The position numbers and the translations under genes are program-made. Under the pieces are notes generated by a model. That model was not told where the DNA came from. It saw only the letters and a list, made by a program, of their open reading frames with translations, and did no database searches. DNA of 63,621 nucleotides, counting the filler, from Platydemus manokwari (taxonomy: Eukaryota): assembly GCA_037951405.1 (NCBI GenBank). It is 5 parts of 5 records of this genome, joined end to end, with 100 filler letters (N's around TTAATTAATTAA, not from the genome) between each part and the next. Parts side by side here need not be neighbours in the genome. Positions count along the whole stretch, not along the records: positions 20,568 to 29,611 come from JBBMOY011307983.1; positions 29,712 to 43,335 come from JBBMOY011665846.1; 3 more parts are not named here. One strand, given 5' to 3'. This document shows positions 24,601 to 38,339 of this stretch, piece after piece (within the stretch, counting starts at the first letter, position 1; the number at the start of each line of letters is the position of its first letter).

Positions 24601-26230
24601 TAAGCAATCAAGCTAGATAGCTAAATGTTGCGGAATTTTAAGTTGCTCTTCTGAATCAGAACATGTTCATCTCTAACAAGGTGAGTTTTGAGCAGAATTC
24701 GGGATATCAAGAAAGACTAAGAAGAGATAAAAAAAACATCATTAGCACAAGACTTATTAAATCCTCTTAGATACCAAAAGATGCTGAATTATGCAGAAGT
24801 TCAATTCTTTATAATCTTACCTTATTTCTACTGATTTATTGCTTCGTGAATGAGGAGTCTAAATAGAAAATAAATATGAGAGGCATGTCGAGTTGCCGAG
24901 TATTAAAATGGTTGTAAAAATCTGGATAAAGTATGATAAATAAAGAATGTGAATCCAATGGAATTAGATAAAACCAGGACATGTTACAACTGATGCAAGA
25001 CAGGACATAAATTAAGAAATTTCAATAATTTTTCTTTGCTGTGGCTCTTATGAGGGCTCATATTGGAACATCTCAAAAGATAGTCCACAATACATACTTG
25101 AGATGACTTAAATAACACAAAAGGTCACACCAAAAACACATAAGTTAGATGTGTTGAAAGGGAACTTCGAAAGGTTTGTTACGAAGCTATCAAGAACCTA
25201 GATTATAGAAACAATTTACGAGTAGAGGAAGTACACCAAGAAACTGTCTTATAAGATAATGATAGCTGCATATCATACCCAAGATAAAAACCCGTGGCCT
25301 TATGTGACTGTTGGAGCAATGTATTATATGGTAATATCGATATTGATCAAGATAGTGTGAATATAAGTAGTAATATTTATATTTAAAATGTAAGTAGAGC
25401 ATTTAATAATAAAATAACTAAAGGGGATAATCCAGTTATCTTAATTAACGTAAATTATCTGGAAAAGGATAATGAGTATGAAAACAATAATAATGATACT
25501 CTAGAAATAGATAAAAGAATCCAACAAAAGATTAGAAATTTTATAACTAAAAAGAACACCTATGTTACAGAAGAAGGACACAATCACAAAAATCAAAGGG
25601 CAATGTAAACATTCAAATATTTAGTATTATCGGGTGCAAGGAAGACCCGCAAAACTATATGAATTCAAAATAAAGAGTTTGTTCACTAGACCCATAGTGA
25701 TAAATAAATGTAATGAATAAAAAGATTCTAAGATAATTGGAACATATATAAATAGAATATGTAGAAGAACGTTCAAGTTCAACAAATGATAGTAAATTAG
25801 TTAAATCGAAGCTGGAAAACAAACACATGAACCATAAATTATTATGGTACAGTACATCTCATCACAAATTATATAGGCCTGGATATTAATTTCAAAAACT
25901 ATTTGGAATAAGTTAAAAGACCAGAAGAATATTTAAAATTAAAATAATAGAAAGTGAAGAAGATAGACGCAACATCATCTGTGAGGCAACAGATAAATTC
26001 GTGAGAAATATTGATTATAAAGACAGATCTAAGAATTTTAAAGAGTATCTTATACTAAAAGAAGGGCCTCACTTATCTGAGATCATTATTAATAACAGGA
26101 ACGCATTCTTGGAAGATCATTGGGATAATTGGAGAATAAAACAAGTGGAAAAGAAAATTGTAACAAACGGAAATCCAAACAACACTTCAATTTAGAAGAA
26201 ATTGATAAAGTAATTGACAATCTATGACCA
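24600..26230 (+). mobile_element. Decayed Ty3/gypsy gag-protease-RT start relic
   Basis: Zinc-knuckle remnant RTCYN*CKTGHKLRN (~24975-25020), protease-like FKYLVLSGAR (~25612), then a pre-RT linker (..HKIV-like KKIVTNGNP); 25470-25565 is similar to 41995-42100 (same family). Confidence 0.6.
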
Positions 26231-26239
26231 ATTAATATC

Positions 26240-27530
26240 ATAAGGAAGTGCAACTTTTCCGTCTAACGGTTTTCAAGGCCATAACGACATAAATATAAGT
26301 TGGTAAAAATATTTGTAAAATCTTCATGGATATCATGGACATCAACTAAATTTATCATATAAAATTCTATTAGAAAACGGCCTGTTGGTGTATTTTGAGA
26401 AGAGTGATTCGATGGGAATAAATTATTTACTGGACAGAGTAATTCACTCATTTGGTCAGATCTAAATATTTCTGTTTTTTCACCAAATCTTGCATTCGAA
26501 ATTGGCAAATGGCAGACATGGTGGCTTGTTTTTAAGACGAATAATTGCAATTTGACATTGAATGTAAATCGAAAATAAATTCAATAAACACTAATTTATC
26601 TGTCACCAAATTTATGCCAGAGATTTTAATCAATATTTCTTTTATAAATGAATATAAGAGGAAAAATACTAATCTCTCAATGAATAGCGTGGAAAAGTTT
26701 TCATTCTCACACTGTCAACAAGCAACTGGTTGTGTAATCGGCAGAGTTCCCTTAATTTGATTTCCTATATTTTTCTCGATACCGCGCTCCGTTAATCACA
26801 TCTACACGTCTTGTTGGTAGTCATTATTTCATTCTTCTGAAATAGAGTTGTCATAAGCAGAACGCTAAACTGTACGCTTCACGTTTGTGTTATCTTTTCA
26901 AATGAATTTATGTTTACATTGGAGCAAGATGTAGTTTCGATTTTGAAAATATTTTCAGAAAATTTTTAATTATATTCCCGAGTTAATTTAACCAATAAAT
27001 TTAATTTATAAATTTTATTTACTATTTGCATACTTATTTATTTATTATCTGATCTTAAAATGACACGCGCACTCTGCTGCCTTATATCTGCGTGTACAAA
27101 TACAATATTATTAAATATAATATTAATCAGAATCTAATCTTATTAACTCCAGCTAAATTACTCTAATCAGAAAAGTACCTTTTTGTGTTTTAAATTTTTC
27201 TGACAATTTTAGAATTTCAACAGATTCTGTTTTTCTGAGAAATATTGATGCTCAAATACTTTTGTTTTCCGGTAAGTGCCAAATGAATTTTTGCATTCAA
27301 GTTCAGATTTTAATAATTTCCCTAATTAACTGTTATCATTAGAAAATTTTAATTATTTTAATTACTATTTTTATAATATTTTAGATAAAGCAAAATCAAA
27401 TTACATTGCCAATAAAGTGAAATATAATTTACAAAAATACATTGTTGCTAGACTTTCCAAAAAATCAGGCTGTGAAAAAGCCTTCTTGATGCTGTGCAAA
27501 TTACTATTTATCGATGTTTTAAGTGTATAA
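26240..27530 (-). mobile_element. Decayed non-LTR (LINE) reverse-transcriptase relic
   Basis: Minus-strand SIKKAF (D.xKAFD-like) near 27490 and fragmentary RT C-terminal sequence. Confidence 0.35.
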
Positions 27531-29611
27531 TGGTAGCAAAAATTAGGGAAAATGTTAAATTTTGTAAATTGTTATCCTGAATCGTTGTTATTAATTTTTA
27601 TTTCTTTTATTTTGGATTTCTGTGCAACAGTCTAGGAAATTAAGAATAAAATAGTAACAATAATAATTAACAACCTTTTACAGTTAAAAATGGATTTAAT
27701 AATAGTAGAAGTAATAGTTTAAGAGAAATAATAACAATTTTGGTTAACAATAATAATATTAATTTTAGAAATAAATTTAATTATCATTTGGTTTGATGAT
27801 AATTTTAGTTTAATCATAAATTTGGTTAATAATAATAATAATTTTAGATAGAATAGATAAGTTCAATTTAAAAAATTTCAGTTGATAGCCAAATATATTA
27901 ACAATGAATTTTAAAATCAGCCCGTTATCCTGAGAAAAAATATGAAGAATAAAAGCCCGTGTAATAATTGTTGTATTCTGCCCATAGTTATCGAATAATA
28001 ATATCAATTAAACTAGGAATGTAGCCCGAATTTTAAATAAATCACCCATTATTTCTTTTGGGTAGGTTATCAGTATATAAGGCCAGATAAGAAACCACTA
28101 TTAAATCACCCAATTACCTTATTTAAGAAAATCAATTTGCCAAAGTTAAGCCGAGTTAATTCTCTGATCTAGTTAAATTCTAAATTACCGAAAAATTGTA
28201 ACATAAGTAAGATCACTTTTTGTAAAACCCAATATTAGAATATCTAGCAGCATATTTTTCCAATTTATCGACCATAGCTATAATGTCATGAAAAGACACT
28301 TCCTCGATATTACGAATGGTCTTGTTGGACGACGATCTACTCCCCTGAATTGTTCCTCAGAATTCCACCGTCCAAATGTATATTATTAGAATTAAAATCG
28401 CCATGCTGTATAAAAGTATTAAATTTACATTCGTAATAAACATTTTATTAGTAAAACGAGTTTTTTGTTCATTTTGTTGTTAGCATTCAAGGTTCACAAA
28501 TTCATTAATAAAATCGCCATTATCATTTATCATCTTTTGGGAGTATTTTGGAATAAAATTCAGATTAAAAAATACTGATAAAATCATTAAATTCGCAGTT
28601 GTGATAGTTAGAGAGGCATGAATAGGATTTAAGCTAACAAAATCATTATCTGCTCCGCTCTATTTTATTTCGATATAGGTTGTGAACGTCGAGAAGAAGA
28701 AAAAACAATTAGCTGAGGTGTAATTAATTCTGAGGATCAAACGGATTCGATCATAAAAATAACCAATAATGATAAATATCAATAAACCAAAGACCCCGAA
28801 AAGTAATATTATAATAAACTGAGTCAGGTTTACAAAGTAAATAGCAAAAAATTCAGATCACAAGTGGACTCAATGCGTAAAAGAAGAAAATGAAGTTACC
28901 GGGCATAAAAGACTGGTGATTCTTGAATGAAATCGATTCCGTTAAATGCTGTGTTATGGCTGAGCCTTAAGTTATTACGTATATGATTTTCTATTTGTTT
29001 GAACCGTCCAAATCATGTTTGAGAACTTTAATTAGTATATTTTCATCTCTCTTAATTGAAGTTTTAGACTTGGTTGGTTGAAGCCTGATGTCAATCCAAC
29101 AGGGTGATCAAAATTAATTCGTTATGTAAATTCAAAATATTAAAATCAAATATAAAATTGCTGTATTGGTGCAACAAATAATTACACCGCTTACCAATAC
29201 TGCTTATAAATGATAAAATTTATAAATTAAATCAAAAATGACAAACAAACGAATTGATACAATCACTCGTTTTCGTAATTTGATCAATTCAGGTGCATTT
29301 AGAAAATTTTAATCAACTAGGAAAGGTTCTGATAACGACCATCCTTTGTGTTAATATATATGTTATAATATTAATAGATTTTAAAATATACGTAATTTTC
29401 AAAAGATACTTTTTAATAATGTATATTTATTTCAATAATAATAATCAAACCTTCTTAATTAGTAAGTGTTCCTCAACAAGTTTAGGAATTATTGTGTGGA
29501 TGATTTTGCTAATTTCCCTACTGGTTATATACTATAGTTCCTATGCAGATTGTGAATGATCATTTTTTATTATTTTCTTTTTCCCTATTTGATTATAAAG
29601 ATATTTTCTTT

Positions 29612-29711
29612 NNNNNNNNNNNNNNNNNNNNNNNNNNNNNNNNNNNNNNNNNNNNTTAATTAATTAANNNNNNNNNNNNNNNNNNNNNNNNNNNNNNNNN
29701 NNNNNNNNNNN
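29612..29711. other. Artificial contig spacer
   Basis: 44N-TTAATTAATTAA-44N. Confidence 0.97.
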
Positions 29712-29933
29712 TAAATGATGAAAATTTATCGCATTACATTTATAAATAAAAATGAAATACTTGCCAATTATATAATTCCTTATATAATTCAAAAGTATTA
29801 TGCATCAAAAGAGTATATGTGTTATAATTCCTAATGGAAAATATCTAAATCTGTTAAAATATCATCTGGCCAATAATATTAACGTACGAGTTATCAATGA
29901 TGACGATTTGCATACTTTCATTTATAAATAAAA

Positions 29934-30164
29934 ATGAAATATTTACTGATAGCTACTTTCATTTCGATATGTGTGTATGAAATAATGTGTCACGGAGTGT
30001 TTCCATTTCGAAAATATCAATTAAGGTATTTAAATAAGCAAAGAAGAGGTGATCCGACTTATCGTTTAAAAATCAAAGATATTGAAGAAATATGCAAATA
30101 TGCATACAGCAAAAAATATTCCTCATATGGAGATTTAGATCATAAATACTTTCGTGTGGTATGA
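29934..30164 (+). CDS. First exon or short ORF of an unrecognised secreted protein family (copy A); may be a pseudogene
   Basis: Signal peptide MKYLLIATFISICVYEIMC; ungapped 34/75 identity (counted by eye) to 34976-35212; likely donor GTATGA at 30159; no clean downstream exon found. Confidence 0.6.
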   Translation: MKYLLIATFISICVYEIMCHGVFPFRKYQLRYLNKQRRGDPTYRLKIKDIEEICKYAYSKKYSSYGDLDHKYFRVV

Positions 30165-30782
30165 ATTCGATATATCAAAAGACTAAAATGTATTTGACTT
30201 GATTTAGAATTTGTTATTTTTTGTATTATTTATTGATAAATACATTTAATGCGATAACTTAATCGAACGCATTCATTATATAGTATAAATGGAATTATTA
30301 TATTGTTAAAAATCTGAATATTCAAAATGATAAATTTGAACCGAATAAAATAAATTATTCAAAAAAATTAAAAGCATTTAAAAATCATTGATTTCAAATA
30401 AATCCAAGCACATTCAATATACGAAAGAAAAGTTATTTATAAATTAGTTTCTGGATGAATATCGATTGCACAGGAGTCTCTTCATTATTGTTTCATTGTG
30501 ATATTGTTTTAAGCGATATTTTTATCTCCATAGCGACGTTGGAAAAAATTGGAATTTTTTGTGTCTGTCATACATTGAAATGGTGACTTGTAGAATGTTG
30601 CATGCTGATTGAACTGTCATGCCTACTATCATGAAAAAGATAGAGAGGTTTATTGATTAATATGACTGTTATAAAATAAATAAATTTAAGAAAAAATTTT
30701 TCGGTCATATTTTATATAAAATAAAATTAATTAAAATATAAAAAATATTTTGAAATGCACTTACTGTAGCCAGTCAACATTT

Positions 30783-32846
30783 TCATGTTGATTATAATTG
30801 GGCCTCCTAAGTTTTCATGGGTATTCATATAATCAAAATAGTCAATTGATTTTTCTCAATACTTTCTTTACAAATCCATGAGCATTCAAACTCTTGTTTA
30901 AACACTTTATACATTACTCATGCTTACGCAACCAGACAAGCCTAGCAACCAACAAATCACAGTAGAGTCGGATGATAAACAATCATTATTTATAAATGCA
31001 TAGCCAACAACATACGCAGAGAGACTAACTAATCCCACTTATCCACAAATTAAATATCTAAAAGAAACATAGAAAAACGATGACTGAGTTTTGATATCGA
31101 AAAACATTACTAAACAAATACACACAGATTGCGAATATTAATATCGATGTAAAGATGGCCAATATTATTCAAAAATTTTTTTAAGTTTGTCATTATTTTG
31201 TTAACAAAAATTTCCATTACCAATTGTTGATGATTATCTCTATTTTGGAGTGTAAAATGAAATCAATAGTAAGGTTTTCAATTATTTTCAACATTTCCAT
31301 GGTGATTGAAAAATCTTTTATTCCAATGAACAAAAAAATTGTGTTTTAACATTATTCATGTAAAAGTTAATTCATTAATATTTTTGTTTTTATTTAATGT
31401 AAATTTTCGTCATTAATAAAAAAAACTAAAATTTCGTTTCTTAATTTGTGTGACACTGGAACTGAATTCTAGAGTTTTAAAAAAGGCTTTCATCATTTTT
31501 CATCAATAATATTTTTGTAACTTACATAAAATTAATTTTAATATGGATTAGTTAATTATTATCTTTTTATTATTAAATCTATTAAAATGTGCTTTTGTCT
31601 TTCAAATATCAGAATTATTGATTTCTTTTATATTTAGAATCTAGCTTATGCGTATTATAATAATTCTTCGATAACAAATGTCTCTAAATAATAAGTCGGT
31701 TTGGTCATGTTCTGATTATTTATATATAACTCCATAAGTACTCCATTAAAAAGCCAATGTTCTTCAAAAGATTTACATAAAATCAAATTCTAATTTTGGA
31801 AAAAACAAAAAAAAATTTAATTTATTTATTATGTATTTATTATTAGGTTTAGCAAAGTAATGAAATAAATCTTTCCTTGGAATGATAAATACTAATATAA
31901 TCTTATATTCATTCAATAACACTCAGTAAAATATGCTTTATTAATTTGCAAAAATTACAACATTTTTACGACTGTTTCGGAGAAGATGCTCAATAAAGCA
32001 AAATATTCCCAATAGATCTAAATAGGCTTTTGTCATTGAAAATTTAATTTCATTTGATTCGATTGTATGCATGATTTCCGTCACCATTTGCTGCAAATCT
32101 CTTATATGCCTAAAAGCTTAGCATATTTTTAACTTTTGAATTTAATTTAAAAGTGCATCTTACATATTGCTAATTGATTTCATATTCTAATTGATATTTC
32201 TGAGATGGCAGCATAACGTGACATTTTTTGCCAGAGATTAAAATGAAAATGAAAATAGATAACAATACAATTTTCATTTTCATACAGAAATGAAAAACCA
32301 TTGGTTCCAACAATTGCAATAAAAATTATAATACCCAAAATATAATTAGTATTTATATGATGATAAAGTTATTTATTTTGTCTATACGAAAATATATATC
32401 AGCTAATTTTTCATTTCCATAAATAAGTAAGAGACTATTTTTTTGATTTGTCATCACAATAGTCTTACATAACACATTTTTAGTGATATTATTTAAAATA
32501 ATATAATGTTTTAAAATTCAATTTATTTTTTCAGTTATTTTTTGTATTCATCTCAAACTGACAAAGGTCAAATTTTTAAACCACTCAAAGATTTGATAAA
32601 TTTTAAACACTTTAGAATTTTACAAAAAATTAATAATGCCAATAACACATCAATGGTAGCATAATTCATAACAATTTATTTAGGTTACTATTTGAATGTT
32701 ATTTTACTTTATCGTCCAATATCTTTATTTTCTTTAAAATTACAAACAAATATAGAATGTAAAGAATTGAGAATAATCAATTCAATTGACTATTTTCATT
32801 GTTTGAATAGCCATGAAAACTTTGGTGGTCAATTATAATCAACATG
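30783..32846. repeat. Inverted ~90-bp duplicated segment (30783-30870 vs 32758-32846)
   Basis: CATGTTGATTATAATTG..GTTTTCATGG..AAAATAGTCAATTGA..TCTTTACA occurs in opposite orientations; both read as exon-like DYF..HEN(L/F)GG. Confidence 0.7.
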
Positions 32847-33489
32847 TTTCTTAGTTACGTTATATTATCTTTACTTTCTCTGAGGGTTTAACATTATTCT
32901 AAAGTCTTATTAATTGCCCAGTTAATAAGGAAGATAAAATCATATGACACAACATGTTAAGAAATAAAAATAAGTAAATTATTTTGCCAAAACAACATCT
33001 AATAATTAATGCAATCATTAGCAAATAATTCTCCAAATAGGTTCTTCATCCCACTTTATTTCAGATTCATAAAGGATTAATTTTATGTATATATTGTTAC
33101 AATTAGTTCAAAGCCAAAAGTGATAATTTCAGTAAAAACGCAATTACAACAATAAATTCTATTGTTAGAAAATCATTCCATATTGGACTAAGTAATAAAA
33201 AGTTAAAAGATTTATATAAAAGTTTGTGAAGTGATTAAACACGGAAATGATAAATTAGCAAAGCTGAAGTCGAGTAAACTCGACACCTCGCGCTCCTTCG
33301 ACATACGGATATTGGTAAGTAATGGACGAAATTCCCATTCAAATACATATATGTGTTTTTTTTATCTCATCTAATTTTAAAATTCATTGGTTTGAATGAG
33401 GTTTCCCAATTTTTACTTGCTTTTTAAAGTGTATGTTGGAGATCAAATAAGTGGTAGAAGAAGGAAGTTAGATTTAATAACTTTTCCAG

Positions 33490-33890
33490 TTAAGTATGGT
33501 ATTAATAAAACAACTTAATTTTGATATAGAGGATATTTATGATGATTTGAATTTAGATGTTGTAATTATTTTAAAGGTCGATTTAGAGAATGATAAAGAA
33601 TATAATAATGAATATAATAACCACAAAAGAAAAAGGTTCTCATGGTCTAATTAACTAAATTTCATATTTTTATTCCTATGAAATTTTACCAATGAGAGAA
33701 GTTAAAATTTCTTTGATGCCAAAAGAAGGGACTTCATTCGCCGGACAAAGTCCGATTACGATTTCGTTTATAATAAAATTCAAATACAAAGAGAAAAAGA
33801 ATTACATTGACAATTATCTATGTATGTTTTATATTGTTTACATAATGGATTAAAATTGGATCATATTATTGATTATATGCGGAATTCCAT
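33490..33890 (+). mobile_element. Second decayed copy of the Polinton/adintovirus cysteine protease gene
   Basis: Nucleotide and peptide similarity to 40750-41165 (NFDIEDIYDDLNLDVVII vs NFDLMDIPNDLNLNVEII; shared ACAATTATCTATGTATGTTTTATATTGT..ATAATGGATTAAAATT). Confidence 0.7.
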
Positions 33891-34975
33891 TCTTAATTTA
33901 AATTGGTTTGAGACGAGGAATAAAATTCTTCTTCAAATTTGTTTGAGATGCAGAATTGCATTCCTGATTTAGTTTCGGTATTCTTCCCATTTAAATTCCA
34001 AATTTAAAAATGTTTATAATCAATAGCAAGAGAGATTTTTAAAAATGATAAGTGCTTAAGAACCAGTTTACAAAAGAAATTTTATTAGTGAAAAGGGTGT
34101 TAGTATGACGGGTAATGTAGAGCTAAACAATTATAGATTAACAAACTTGCGTGATCTAAACAATTATTTTGATGATATTCAAAAATGTCTTCAAAAATGT
34201 ATAGAAGAAATCAAAAAGAATTTTCAAATAGAAATTGGAGAAATAATTATAAATTTGAGAACTTCTACTTATGCATCAAGTCCGAGATCTGAATTAATGA
34301 TGGATAACAAATGGAGTATTAATAAACTTTATTTTTTATGTTAATTAACAAATACAATTGTAAATGATGATAAAAAGAAATAAGAAAGAAATAAAATTAA
34401 TATCTGAAAAAATTTTCAAAATTTATATTAATAAAAAGAAAAATAGAAACAAAAATTAAAGAGATGATGAAGAAATAACTGGGTGTTCAGTCTAGATTAG
34501 AATTAGAAGACAAATGAAAAAACCCCTGTGAAGATACTAATGGTATTAAAATATTGACAAAAGCTATCTCCATTTTTACACATCGTTTTTAATATTATTA
34601 GATTTATTCAAAAATAAAATGAGATAGACAATTTTTTTCAAAAGCGCAGATATTAGTTTGACAAAAAATAATTCAACATTCATTCAAAATATTGGTGATA
34701 AATATATCAAATCATCTAAAATCATGGCTTATCAAATATAGTTGTTTCATGTAAATTTGGGTTTAATAGGTCAAAATGTGCTTTTTAATGAAGAATCCTG
34801 TTTTGTCTTGGGCACTTTTAAATTTTTAATATCTTAAAAACAGAGGAGCTCTGAAAGATCTAATTTATGTAATAATTAAAAAAAATAATGTAATAACTTG
34901 ACTAACCAATCATATTACAAATAATAATAAATTTGTAAATCGATATGATTTTAAACTTTTCATTTATTAACGAAA

Positions 34976-35212
34976 ATGAGAAACTTGTTGACTTCAATTT
35001 TAGTTTGCATTTCTGTCTATGAAATACGGTGCCACGATGTGTTACCATTTCGGAAATTTCAATTAAAATATTTTACTCAATTAGAAAAGGCGAAACACAC
35101 CAATGATTTATCAATATTGGATATTGATATTCTCTGCAACCTAGCATACAGCAAAACAAATTCGTTATATGGTAATTCGAATTATCAATACTATCGTGTG
35201 GGTAATAATTAA
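34976..35212 (+). CDS. First exon or short ORF of the same secreted family (copy B); may be a pseudogene
   Basis: MRNLLTSILVCISVYEIRCHDVLPFRKFQL..; paralogous to 29934-30164 with a similar 5' flank; likely donor GTAATA at 35202. Confidence 0.6.
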   Translation: MRNLLTSILVCISVYEIRCHDVLPFRKFQLKYFTQLEKAKHTNDLSILDIDILCNLAYSKTNSLYGNSNYQYYRVGNN

Positions 35213-36549
35213 AGATTTTCTCAATTTGACTGAAATAATTTTCTCATTTATTTTAGAATATATAAATGTTGTAAATATCTTGTAACAAAATCCTAAATGT
35301 TTTCTCATAAATTTATAAGACGTTATGGCTTAATTTGTTTCAATATTCACCAATTAAGCCAGTATTTGATATTGATGATAAAATCTTTAAGTAATTATTT
35401 GTACATGAATCATACATCAGAAATAGTGACAGAAAAATAAAGAATGAGATAAAGAAAATTGTAAAAATTTCACAAATATTACGCAATACGTTGTTCATTA
35501 AATATGAAGAATAATTATAATTTTTCTCTTATATTATTGTTGATTATAAAAATATGTTTGAGCAATGTTAATGATGTGCATTAATATCTGATTTCCATCA
35601 ATAAAGCAAAAATTTGTGTACCTTAAAGATTATATTTTATCATCATTTTTAGATAAACGAAACTCTTAATAGAATTAAATCCAAAATTTAATTTTTAACT
35701 TATCTTAGCATTACATATCTCTAAATGCCCCATACAATTTATTTAAATGCAAATTAAAAAATTAGACTACTTACAGATATTAGTTATTGTAAAAATTATT
35801 TTTTACGTTGTACCACTGAATTTATACAATCAAGTTTTCACTCAGTTTGATTAAAAAATTCTGTCTAAGTAATTTAAAAGCACCATACAAATCTGTAATT
35901 ATTTGAATATAAAGGAAAAACTTCGATAACTAATAGATGTTAATTATTTTAAAAGATAGTTGTCATTCTTTACCACAAATTTCATAAAATTAACTTTTTA
36001 CTCAGTTTGATTCAACAATTCTTTTTAAAAAAAATTCATTGTTATTGTAGTTCGTATTCTTCAAAACAATGCAAAATCAGTATAAAACATTTGTCATTGT
36101 TTTCGATATTTTAAATAGAATGAAATTTTTCACAGATGAATATTAGTTAAAAAATTTAAATGATTTAGAATCTTTGATTTAAAAAATTGTTTTCAACACC
36201 CCATACGGATAATTATTGCAATTAAGTATGTGTACAAATAAGGCAAATAATTTATTATTTTAATTGTAAAATGAACCATTGATTATGTTAATAAAGTTGA
36301 TTTATTATAGCAAAATTTCATATAAAACGGGTAGATATTTCGGAGGTTATCAAGTGTGTCAAAAATTATGATGACCAGTATAATATTGATTAATGTAATT
36401 ATATATTTTCTATTTATATATTTGTTCTTTAGCAATGATCATTTCTTGAACATCTCTCATATTTTTTATTGAACTATTATCACATTTTTGAAACAGGCTA
36501 GACATCTTTGAACTATGAAAAATTTATGAATACGACTGAAGTTGGTTAC

Positions 36550-36660
36550 CCGTATGATCAATTATATAATCAAATTTTAATCCATTAATTAAACAATATG
36601 AAACATACATAGATAATTATTCATATAATTCTACTTCTGTTTGTAATTGAATTTTATTTA
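36550..36660 (-). mobile_element. Third fragment of the adintovirus protease 3' end (inverted)
   Basis: Reverse complement AATTATCTATGTATGTTTCATATTGT..AATGGATTAAAATTTGATTATAT matches 41087-41152. Confidence 0.7.
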
Positions 36661-36899
36661 TATTCATTACTTCATATTTCATATCCTCATCGCACTATCT
36701 GAAATGAAAAAAAAATTAAATTTTTAATAATACTAAGGGTACGTAAGTAATAACTAATCAGTTTGAAGTCATAGAAAATACATGCCACATTCACTTTGCA
36801 ATTGCAAAATCCCTCTTAAAACAATATTGCTTTATGAATATTGAAATAAATATTTAAATCTGGAAACAAGTATTTATATAAATCAAGCTTTAGAATCAC

Positions 36900-37760
36900 A
36901 AATTCTCCATTTCGTTTATGGTATTTCTTCTATATTGCAAAAATATCACAATTACGTACTTCATATTCGATGCTTTGTGAAATATTTTGCCAGAAATTAA
37001 TTTTTTCAATGTAATAAATCAATATTTTATAAACTATATGATAAAACCCCTCGTTAAAGTATATCCTTTGTTTCTTCCAATGAACGTCTGGCAAAACAAT
37101 TTGTTTCTTTGTGTTTTTAATATACACAATATAATTTCATTTTTAAACGGACCTAATGACGGTATCCTCTTATTGAGTCTCTCTTAGTTCGTCATTGTTT
37201 GTAATTGAATGCTTTAAAAAATTAATTAACAGCCTTTTTGGTTTATCCGGTGCTGAGTCAACCTTTGTTAACAAAATGCATATCTTATCTTTAAAGAACT
37301 TTTTCTATTTCTAGGATCTGACTACTTACAATATTGAAGTTTAAAATTCAATCCGGATAAGTGTGCAAACCATATTTAAAACTGAAGGCTAATTTAATTA
37401 GTTCCTTAGTTTTCTTCATATATTGCAATGCTTTGTGAGTTTCAAATTTTTTAATTAATAAGTAATTCTTCACTGATTATTGTATAATCTTAAGACTGAT
37501 CTGGGTTGAGTGATGTAACCAGGTTTTATTACTTAATTTATCTTCTTTGCTTTGTCGTTGTTAGTTTCTATACCTGCTTCACTAACTGTGTGACTTAGGT
37601 AATTCAGTTCTCAAAAGTCAAAAGTGCACTTCTTTGGATTGACTTTCAAACCTTATTACTTTATGTTTCTTTACTGTTCTTCTATAAACTAATATATCGA
37701 TCACATAAACAAGAACACTTTTACAAATCAAATGCGTTTCATAAGACTTATTTAAATACA
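36900..37760 (-). mobile_element. Decayed Ty3/gypsy pol relic (RT core and integrase zinc finger)
   Basis: VLVYVIDILVY (Y.DD box remnant) followed by YLSH..SEAGI; then KQIVLP..H..FWQNISQSIEYEVRNC (H2C2 integrase zinc-binding remnant). Confidence 0.7.
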
Positions 37761-38339
37761 AATATGGGTTGTTTTCTAGAATAGGTTTTGACTTGCTTGA
37801 GTGCAAAAGCTTTTGATTCAGGATGTCATCGTTTCGGTAAATGCACGACGTATTACAATGTTGCTAACTTATTTCACTCATTTCGGCTTTCTTGGGAATG
37901 GAACAGTTTGAATGTTTTAGAGATTACATGAAATCGACCAGATCACCATTCTAGTGATACTGTCAGATTTACGCTGAATGTTCAATTTTTAGCATTGACT
38001 TTGAATCTACACTAGAGTCCATTTTCAACTGGTATAATTATGTATAGGATTACTTTTGTTTAATAGATTAATACTTTTTAAATGAAATTTCTCCGGATGG
38101 TAACCGGTACTAAATTTATTTAAAAATTGATTATTTTTCATAGATTGTTGAATATCACTTCCTTCGAAACCTTTTAATTTCGTACGAATCGTACTTGTAC
38201 CTTTATTCATAGTCGTACTTACATTCGTACCATTAGTACGCATACTTCGTAGTAAGTGACTCTTACTTTTTCATATTTTAATTTATTAGATTTTGTAATA
38301 TCTTTAAAATAAATTTCACAAAAATAATTATTACTTATT

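Noticed and set aside
28221-28498. Solo LTR (TGT..TATAAAA..AATAAA..ACA)
   Set aside because: No matching target-site duplication or second copy.
30760-30870. HENLGGPII as a trypsin GDSGGP motif
   Set aside because: Catalytic Ser and flanking Cys are absent and no other protease motifs are found.
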